Below the pieces are notes generated by a model. The model had not been told where the DNA came from and searched no databases. It saw only the letters and a list, made by a program, of their open reading frames with translations. Positions 12,716 through 26,737 of a stretch of DNA of 41,687 bases are shown here, in pieces (within the stretch, counting starts at the first letter, position 1; every line of letters begins with the position of its first letter). Origin of the DNA: Sarea resinae (lineage: Eukaryota). A program made the translations under genes and the position numbers. The stretch covers positions 124,001-165,687 of the forward strand of contig JAPEUD010000056.1 of NCBI GenBank assembly GCA_026026165.1. Reading direction: 5' to 3'.

Positions 12716-13512
12716 CAAACAGTTGCAACCGAGCAGCCCACCTCTCTCTATCCTTGACGTCTCTTAATGGAATCTTGCCCGGTCCATTGGCAGTATCCCG
12801 TTCATACGAGGCCTGTCCGCTGTGGTATCACTACTATTGGGCGAATATCTTGTCGCTTAGGTCGGCCTTGCGCTTTGGGCTGTCTGTCCGCTTGAACGGT
12901 TCGCTTGTTTGGATGAGTCTTGGCGACCTTACGATTGATCAACATCGGGGCGATTTTCGACGAAGTTATGACATCATATGATTACGGCTATCTCCCCACT
13001 TTGGAAATGACCTGCTTACCTGCCAACCATACCTACCAGAGATCCTGCTGTGGTACCTGACGTGACGTTATCTTCGCACCGTCCTGTCACCTCATTACAA
13101 GTTCACTTACCTCGACATTCCTTGTGCATTCCATTGTCATCTCACAAGAGCGTCATTATCACCTTTTCATAAATTATTGTTCCTATCCTGCCGATTTGCT
13201 GAACTTGCGACCTATTCTCGGGACAAGGCACCTGCTGCTTCAAATGTTTTATATCTGGTTTGTTTTTGAGCGTTCCAAAGCTAGCGCCGAGCTTGCATAA
13301 TTTTATTCTCTTTCACTTTATCTTCTGCATTATAGCGACTGTACTTCTATGACGACCAAGAATGATGTTTGAGCTAGCTTGATCTTGGATAAAGAGCTAT
13401 GATTCTCGAAAGGCATGGTCCTTCGACATGTATTATACTACACTGTAATCTTAAAAGATATAGATAATTGTCATCGATGGTCCTACCATAATCGATACAT
13501 TTCCCGTAACCA

Positions 13513-18495
<4,983 letters not shown>

Positions 18496-18899
18496 TTAGG
18501 CTTCAAGGATTGTACTACCCAATTGCATCTCTCTTACTGGTAGAGACCTGTCAGGCGCAAAGATCTCACAGCGTGAGGGGATATGATCTGTGAATCACCG
18601 GATTATGATCTACTAAAACTTCCCGTCGATCGTCTTCCGATACAGCTTTACTCCGAGTATTACCCTACTGCGCAGTAGTCATTTAGCTTCCGCCTTAAGG
18701 CAAGGTACGAAATATAAGTAGTACCTCCCTACTTGCACTATGTAGCTGTCAGTGATCGCTGCGTGGTCTGAAGGTCCGAAATCGCTTGCTTTAGATTTGA
18801 AGGTCACTAAATACCTAGTACTACCTAAGTAGGTACTGTGGAGCTAGGAAGTAGCTACAGGCATGGTTCATGGTAGATACTGTAGTAGTCACGTGCTTA

Positions 18900-18928
18900 A
18901 GAAGTAGATTACCTCAGCATACTTAGAC
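18900..18928 (+). repeat. Left target-site duplication (18900-18908) and left TIR (18909-18928)
   Basis: AGAAGTAGA|TTACCTCAGCATACTTAGAC. Confidence 0.85.
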
Positions 18929-19157
18929 CTCGCTTAGTCATATAGTCTGCTAAGTATAGACCACTATTACCTAACTAGGCAATTAACTAGCTAGAGGTCT
19001 AAGGCACTTTTAACTGACTTTGTATAGGCTAAGCAGGTTATTTATATAGAGGCAATTATTATTAACTTTAAACTATAAGATATCTGCAACTACAACGCTA
19101 TCTGCAATAAAAAGAGGCTAAAAAGAAAGGTCTAGATCTGCTCTATATTTGATTAGA

Positions 19158-21959
19158 ATGTTAGCATCTGCTCCTTTTTCTAGAACTAGTAGGAAGCGCT
19201 ATAAGACAAAGGCTTTATCTGCTGCAGATACACCTTAGAGACTGTAAACTCTACTATCTGCACTGTAGTTATAGCCTAATCTCAATTTGCTACTATTACT
19301 ACTATTATTAATACATCTGCTATTACTGCTTAAGGTGCCTGATTCGCTATTATTATCTTTAGATTTGCTTTTAACGCCTAAGTTATCTGATTTGCCTGCA
19401 TATCTACTATTATATTTGCGTTTATCGCCTAAGATATCTAATCTACTACTGTTATCTTCTCTTTCTACTTTATCTCCTAATACAACTAAGCGTTTAAGCC
19501 TAGAGGAAAAGGTCTAAGGCATCCTAAGGCAACTATAAGAATAGCAGATAACACCTATCTGCTTTATACAACTCTAGCTAGAGAGCACTGTAGAATGTAA
19601 CAAGCGGCAGCAGATAAAGAGAAGAGAAGACCTTCTTAACCTTATCCTTAGTTATAAGAGTCTTTGTACACTTCTAATTAGTGCAGACAAAGGCTAAGCT
19701 GCAGTTGTTAACAGCGCTATTACTCTTATCTGCAATAAGCTAGACAGGCTGCAGGGCAAATATCTGTTGTTTAGGCGATACAATAAGGACCTAGGTTTTA
19801 AAGAGCTTAATATCTCTAGCACTACAGACACTATTAAGCAGATAGCGCCTATACTTACACGTCTTATCTGTAGTGCAGCAGAGGCAAAACAGTCTAGCAC
19901 TGTGTATTAGCAGAGAACCCTAGCAGATAAAGGCTAAATAGTTATAACTACATTAATACTAAGCCTTAGCTGTTTAAGGACTTCTATAAACTGTTTCGCG
20001 CGCCTGTTAGGACTATATTTAAAGGATATAAGGCTAACCTGCTAAGCGTTAAGCGTGCTGTATAGCCTTAGACTTATAGACAGATATCGCACAATTAATA
20101 TGCAGAAGCTGTAGATATTAGAGCAGAGCAAGGAACGTGATATTAACGCCTTCTATTTAGCAGACCTAGCTAACTAAAACAAGGCAAATATCTCCTTTGT
20201 AGCGCAGACATAGGATTTCACAGTGGTCTACAATAACTTTAAGTAGCAACAAAGGGTGCGACACTAGACTGTAGGTAATACCAGAGATTTTTGTTTATAC
20301 ACAACTAGAAAGCTACTGCGCAAACAATGCTTGCTAAACAGACTACTTACTTAAGACATATACTATCTAGATATCTATATAGAGGTAATAGATCTGCTTA
20401 AGGCAGATAGGAATTTTATAGACAAGACACAGACTAAGATATTAACTCACCTTATTGCTAGTTCTATCTGCGCAGCGTTTCTAGAACAGACAGAGGCTAT
20501 ATTCGCAGCAGATAGTGTTTAATTCCTGCAGATACTATGCGTTAATGTTCTTCTGCCCTTACAAACAAAGCATCTCACACTAGGACTAATTACTAAGAGT
20601 AAGGGTTCTATTTCAGGCACATATAATGTGCTTAACAACATATTTGTCTGCTAGCTCAGCTAAGATACAGTCAACTTTAAGAAACAGTTAGTCTTAATAT
20701 TTAGAGATTAGAAAATAGCAAGCCTTATCTGCTCTTACTAAATTAAGCAGGTAGAGGCAGCAGATGCCTACAATCGCCTTGCCTAGGCATTACTAGTGCC
20801 TAGTCTCTTCTACTTACAGATAAACCTTTTAGCATTAATTGTTAGGTCATATTATAGTAGAGAGAGTAATATCTAGCAATACTTAACCCTCTATTTGCAT
20901 ATTAACTTCCTTAGCTATTAGAATATACCTGCAGATAAAGCGCTATTCTACTACTAGTAAGAACTAGTCTAGCATAGCTTTTAGGCGCAGATTGTTGCTC
21001 TATTTATATCGGATTTGCCTGCTAGATTTAAGAACAGGCATAAAGGTTAGATAGCTAAATATATCTGCTAACTAAGTCCTACAGATTTTCTTTAACAGGT
21101 AGAGGATATCTGCTAAAGAGTCTTTTCTACTACTGCCTATTAGGAACTAGCCTAGTACAAAACAAGTAAGGACCTAGCAGATATAGCTTCTTTAGCGCCT
21201 AATTAAAAGCAAAGCTCTTATAAACAGCGTTTGCTGTATGATTTAGAGTATTCTAATTATGTCTGCTTCTTACACTATGTTAAGACATATATAACGTTAA
21301 GGCATGCTATTAAACACGCAGATATTAGGTTGCTTTGCTGCGTTATTGCTTGTAGCTGTCTATATTTTAGTAGGAGTTTATTGCACAACTACTTGCGAGA
21401 AATAATTTGTCTTTAGCAGCTAATATCTACTCCTATCTGTGATTGATATCTGCAGCAGGCAATCCTTGCAAACAGTCTTGTCAGCAACTATACTAGATTA
21501 GACGCCTTCTTTAAGGTCGATTAATTAAACAAACTCTTAAACCTTAAGCTAAAGACTCTTTTGCAGATAAAAGGCAACTCAACATTTAATGTAACAGCGC
21601 TGTTTAAATAGTTAGTGTTAATAAGCAGCTATCTTGCTCTACTACAGGCTTAGTTTGAATTCTTATTTAGCGAGCAGATTAACGCATCTTATCTAGATAG
21701 GTCTGCTGCAGAAGATATTAAAAGTCTTGCTAATCTAATCGCTTAAGATTTAATTATCTGCTACTAAGATCGCTTATCTGTGTATGTTGCACCTAGTCTA
21801 CTACAGTTAGGCGTTAATCAATTAGCGCGCAGAGGATTACCTTTGTTTAACAGCAGATATATAGAACTAGGCGACTAAGTTGTTAGAGATATTAAGGAGG
21901 ATATAGTGCAAGCCTTAGTAGGCTTAGACATAAGCATTTACTTGTATATCTGCTATTAA
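19158..21959 (+). pseudogene. RIP-degraded DUF6589-like (Academ-type) putative transposase, about 930 codons in one frame
   Basis: One frame from ATG 19158. As read: NCFARLLGLYL, VVYNNF (20223), LIFRD*KIASLICS (20694), LLVPSLFYLQINLL (~20790), RHAIKHADIR, FFKVD*LNKLLNLKLK. Reverting transitions gives VVYDNF, IFGDQKT..LIRS, PVPGLFH and EVDRLNELLNLELK, motifs I recognise from DUF6589 proteins. The 3' end is approximate. Confidence 0.8.
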
Positions 21960-22152
21960 TATACAGTTATATTGATATCTTGTTAGGCGCAGGATATATA
22001 GCGTGTGCAGCTAGGGCACAGCAGATATTCTATAGTGTAATGTTCTAATATTATCACTCTATAATATTATGTTCGCAGGTAAAAGACTTGATTTAATACT
22101 AGAAAACGCGTGACAGCACTAACACGCTAATAAACTAACTACTAAGCTAACT

Positions 22153-23494
22153 ACTAGGCCTTATAGCAGACAATAGCTAATATCTTAAGGATGTTTCTAG
22201 ATACCTGTGCTACTTCTGCTCTAAGGTAGGTCACTTCTGCGCCTAGGTCTGCAACCTGCCGTTCTATAGCACCTTGTTCTAGTGCAGATAGCATGATTGA
22301 TTTGCTGCTAGTGCAGATATTTGTCGAAGGCGTTGTAGTAGGCTGTACAAGTGCTTGCTTAGTAATATCGCTCTCCTTAACAGGCTTTTAACTGTCCTTC
22401 TTGCAGCTCTATATACTACATTAGCTTATGCCTAATAAGTGCAGATAGATCTGTTATACCTTCTTTTACAGTAGACTATTGTCTTAATTATTATTTGCTT
22501 GTTTAGCTAATTAATGTGTCACCTGCTGCAAAGGAGGTTGCTCCTAATATAGGGTTAGTAATGTTTAATATCTGCACTGCTAATCTGCTTATAGGCTGCG
22601 TATCATTGTCTTTATTATTATTGTCTGTGTCTGTATTATAGCGGCACAGTTTGCCTGCTACACAGCACTCTACACAGTTGTCCTCTAGCTTTACTATCTG
22701 CCTTTTTAGCCTACTCTAATAGATTATGCATAGAATACCCTTATTAACGCACCTTTTGCATTTCCTAGTGAGTGAAACGCCCTAGTACAGATTATTCACA
22801 ATAAGATTAGCGTGAGTATATGCCTTTTAGCGAGTCTCTAAAAGGCTATCCTACACAGCTAGATTAGAGGCTAGCTAGTTAGGCTAAATCAGACAGCAGA
22901 TATCCTATATACTATCCTAAAAAGTAGACTAGCTTAGTAGCAGACTATCTAGAGAGGGTGTCTAAGCTAGTTAAGCTAGCTAAGCTAGCAAAGAGAGTGT
23001 CTAGGGCGGCAGAGACAGCGTCTAAGGCGGCAGAGACTGTAGAGACATTAGTGACTGCAGTAAAGATAGTTTATTAGACAGCAGAGATAGCAGGCTACGC
23101 GGCATAGACAGTATAGTATCACTAAGAGGAGCGGCTATGTTCTTAACGCTTGCTAGATTATCTAAACGCAGGTTCTTATTATAGGCAGCCACCTCTTCTG
23201 CTGCCTCTATCTCTTAGCGGCTAAAATGCAGCTGTCTTATTAGCTGCGGCTGACTAAGTCATTTATAAGGCGGATCAACATACTAGAAGTAATAACAGTA
23301 GTCTGCTAACATTTGCTACTACTCTTACTATCTTATTTATCTTAACTATCTCTCTACTGTTATTACATTAGTTGTTGTCTTAGATAATAACCTTAGGCTA
23401 TAGCCTATAAGGGTCTTAGTGCTCTAGCCCTCTCCTTAATCACAGCCTTAACGTACTAGTTTAATTCATTATTGTCTGCTTTACTAGGCAGCAT
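22153..23494 (-). pseudogene. RIP-degraded accessory gene of the transposon: P/S-rich linker, Zn2Cys6-like cluster, C-terminal coiled coil
   Basis: In frame at 22760-22644: CKRC-VNKGIL-C-x17-CVEC-CVAGKL-C. The C-terminal IERQVADLGAEVTYLRAEVAQVSRNILKIL has a heptad pattern. Candidate GT..GCTAAT..AG introns at 23283-23232 and 22459-22409. The start and one frame change are unresolved. Confidence 0.6.
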
Positions 23495-23721
23495 CTTAGT
23501 AGCTGTTTAACGCTGATATAATCGCTGCTAATAGGCTGTTAATAAGGGTAGTAATAATGTTAATAATGATAATGCTAATAATGTTGATAATAATAATGCT
23601 AATAATGTTAATAAGGATGTTAATAAGGATGTTATAGTTAGGTAGGTTATAAGACAAATAAAGAGGTTGAATGCAAAGGTGTGCTGCTAACTAATGCAGC
23701 TATATAAGCGAATAGCTTTAC

Positions 23722-23823
23722 ATTCACTATTATTTAGTCTGCCTTTGTTTACCTTCTTTGTTTGCTGTAGATATTCACTGCTATTTAGTCTGCCTTTATT
23801 TACTTCCTTTGTTTGCTGCAGAT
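23722..23823. repeat. Two-copy 51-bp tandem duplication inside the transposon
   Basis: ATTCACTATTATTTAGTCTGCCTTTGTTTACCTTCTTTGTTTGCTGTAGAT at 23722 is repeated at 23773 with transition differences. Confidence 0.85.
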
Positions 23824-23949
23824 ATTTCTATTTATATTAATAGGAGCTAATAGCCGCTGTCTCTTTAGTGCCTTATCTAACGCTAACTTGTTAATAGTTA
23901 TCGATTTACAGCGATAATTAGTGGCTGTTAGCGGCTAGTCAGACAGTTA

Positions 23950-26130
23950 ATTTAACTCTAGTAGCGTTAGTAACAAAGGAGAATTAGCTATAATTAGTGC
24001 ATCCCTATATAAACGCAGAACCTAACTATCTGCGCAGATAAACGCTGCTAATAAGTCTAGATTAGCCTTGTTAAAGTCTCCTCTATCCTATTCTGCACAG
24101 CGAAGCAGCGTTTCTGCGTTGTAGATACTATGCTTCTGATTGCATATCTGCTAAACAATATCAGACGAAATCACACATCCTAGGACTAGGATCTAAATCA
24201 TATCGCTGTATTTCGTCTGCGCCTAGTCTAATATCTATTGCTTAATCTAGCTGATTAAGTGCTTGTTGTTCTTTAACTGCAGCATATCACTGCTAAATAG
24301 TCTAAAGTCAGGCCTTTTAGACAGCTAAAGTTCTAGATTGCAGTTCGAACAGCAGCGTCTGCTAGGAACAGGCTCTTTAGTGCTATTATCTGCTAAGTCT
24401 TTGTTAAAGGTCTGTAGGAATATCTGCTGCAGGCAAGCCTTTTCCTTGTTTGCAAAGTTATATAGCAGATGTAGAAGGTTTGCTCTCTGTTTATACACGC
24501 TTCTAGGCCTTAAATCTGTAGGACAAGGCCTTAATTCAGCAGGTAGAGCTACACGCGATCCTCTTAGAGTCAATTCTTACATAGTCTGTAGTTGACTATC
24601 TGCTTTGTCTAGCAGTGCAATTAAGGCAGAGATAGAGACATTACTTATATTGTTAGAATCCTTACTATCTCTGCAATTGTATTCTTAACTCAGCTGACTT
24701 AACTAGGATAAGGAAACAAGCGTCTGCGCTGCAGTAGCCCTAATCTGCTGCTAACTATTAGTCTTGCTAATACCTCTAAGGTTTGTCTGCACCTTTAGAC
24801 TCTTACACTAGTTATTAACAAGCAGTATTGCCTTACTCTTCTAACTGCTGCTGTGTGCTGCACAACTAAAACGTTGCTAGACTAGGCTTATAAGGCAGTT
24901 GCAGAACAGACTAAAGTAGATAACACGCTTAATATCTGCGATATCTGCTCTTTATACAACTGCATTAGAGCAGAACAATACCTAGATCCTAGACAGTTGT
25001 TCTAAAAATTCATGCTATATCTGCTCCTTGTTATTTGTTGCAAGTGTAGCATAGTATACTCTAATAGTCTGCATTGCTAGCCGCGCTAGATATCTACGCT
25101 CTTACAACTATCTGCGCACCTTATTACAAGCTTCCTTTAGCAATCGCTTGCTGTTTATAAAGACAACTGTCTTTGTTATCTGCTGCAGAGTTAGACAATT
25201 ATTCTAGTAATACTGACTAGCATATTAACCTGATGCTAAACAGTCTAGACTAAGCGCAGCTAATGCTATAGCGTCTAGTCTGCTAGTCCTAGACGTTACA
25301 TCTGCAGCAGACAATAGAGTATCCCTAATACTAGCGCTGCAGCCTTTAATAATAAAGTAGAGGCAATTAAACAATTGCTTGTTGCCTCTGCATATATATT
25401 CTTAGACGATTGCTAGTTCTAGACGATTAATAGAAGTGCAGACAACCTTAACATCTTCTCTAAAGCCTGTAAGTCAGCGTATATCTGCGAACGTATTATT
25501 ATCTAGCGTTGTAGTGCAGGCGAACTAGGGCTTAGTTCTAAGTAATCTGTGTAGTATGCTAAGACTAGCATAAGAACAGCAGAAGAAGGACTAATTCGAC
25601 ACTAGATGCACCTTATCTAAGACTACTAGCAATATCTGCGCCTGCAGTCTAATATCCTTCTATATCTGCTCTAATTTTAGGCTGACAGCTAGTTCTAGCG
25701 ACATTAGGATATAGGTATATTTGCCTATACAGACAGCCTTAAGCAGCAGATAGTTGTTATTATCTCTTGTTATATAAACAGGCTTTATACTAGTGAGTCC
25801 TCTTATCTACGTAGTCTGCTCTTTGCTAATCTTATTTAACAGAAGGATAATAAGAACTATAGCCCTACAGACTAGGCATAAGAGCGACTGCATTATTATG
25901 CTCTTTCTAAACAAGGTCTTAGTAACAAGGAATAAGTCTTGCTTAGTATATAGCAACTAGCAGAGTGCTGTTAGCTGCCCTAGCTGTCTGCTATATAGAT
26001 ATATCGCGCAGATAATAGCGTTAATAGCCTCTTGTTGTTCCTTCTTATCTGCATTATAGAGCTGTTAAATGTTATCTTACAGCTTCTATATTTAACGCTC
26101 TTTGTCTATTAACAGTCTATTATAGGCTAT
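23950..26130 (-). pseudogene. RIP-degraded RecQ-like superfamily 2 (DExH) helicase of the transposon
   Basis: As read: motif I TKTLFRKS (25923-25900, reverts to AKTSFGKS), motif II VLDKVH (DEVH, 25617-25606), motif III FACTTTL, motif IV KTVVFINSK, motif V CSNAVV*RADIADI, motif VI QRFSCAAH (QRFGRAAR), and RecQ Zn-binding CCSNC (~24340). Ends are approximate. Confidence 0.88.
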
Positions 26131-26708
26131 TCTATTACGCTGTTATTACTCTATCTCTTTATCTACCTTGCAGTTATATAACTCTCTGCAGGTGTGTTTC
26201 TTTAGCAGTATCTAACCTAAGCAATAACAGCAGATATAGTTAATAGCAAGGTGGTTATACAGGTGTAGCACAGATAAAAACAGCCCTTACAGGCGCTTAT
26301 AATTGACCTAGAGTGTATCAGAAATTATTCGCTGCAGGTATATAGCAGATATTGCTATAGCAGTCACAAATTAGCATATCTGCTAGAATTAAAGCTGCTT
26401 GCTCCTACTAACGCGTTTTTAACTTTAAGGCATAAGATATCCTAAACTAATAATCCTTATAAGATGTAAAACAGACTATTACATAGCCTTATATATTCTT
26501 TATAGGTGATTAGGTTTTAAAGATACTTGCAGATATAATTGCAGAGATATACTAAGTTAAATATCTGCAACGCGTTAATAACTCGCGCTTAGTCTATACA
26601 AAGTTAGTAAATCTGCCTCAGACTATAATCTCGTGGATTTCCCTTTTAGGAATGATTAGTTATTTATCTAAACAGGCTAGATATTAATCTAGGTCTATAT
26701 GATCTATA

Positions 26709-26737
26709 GTCTAAGCCTACTAAGGTAAAGAAGTAGA
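26709..26737 (-). repeat. Right TIR (26709-26728) and right target-site duplication (26729-26737)
   Basis: GTCTAAGCCTACTAAGGTAA|AGAAGTAGA. Confidence 0.85.

Larger units (their letters stand above)
18909..26728. mobile_element. Complete RIP-inactivated AcademH-like DNA transposon (transposase, accessory ORF, RecQ-like helicase), 7820 bp
   Basis: Flanked by identical AGAAGTAGA (18900-18908 and 26729-26737). TIRs TTACCTCAGCATACTTAGAC and TTACCTTAGTAGGCTTAGAC match at 16/20. Convergent DUF6589-like and SF2 helicase reading frames are full of TAA/TAG stops. Confidence 0.85.

Noticed and set aside
19287..19517. Leu-rich 76-aa ORF that looks like a signal or membrane peptide
   Set aside because: RIP artefact: Pro/Ser codons (CCR/TCR) of the transposase N-terminus converted to Leu.
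23950..26130. Helicase as a telomere-linked RecQ (TLH), Helitron or Starship cargo
   Set aside because: No telomeric repeats, no Rep/PIF1 motifs and no tyrosine-recombinase captain seen; it lies inside TIR/TSD boundaries with a transposase-like gene.
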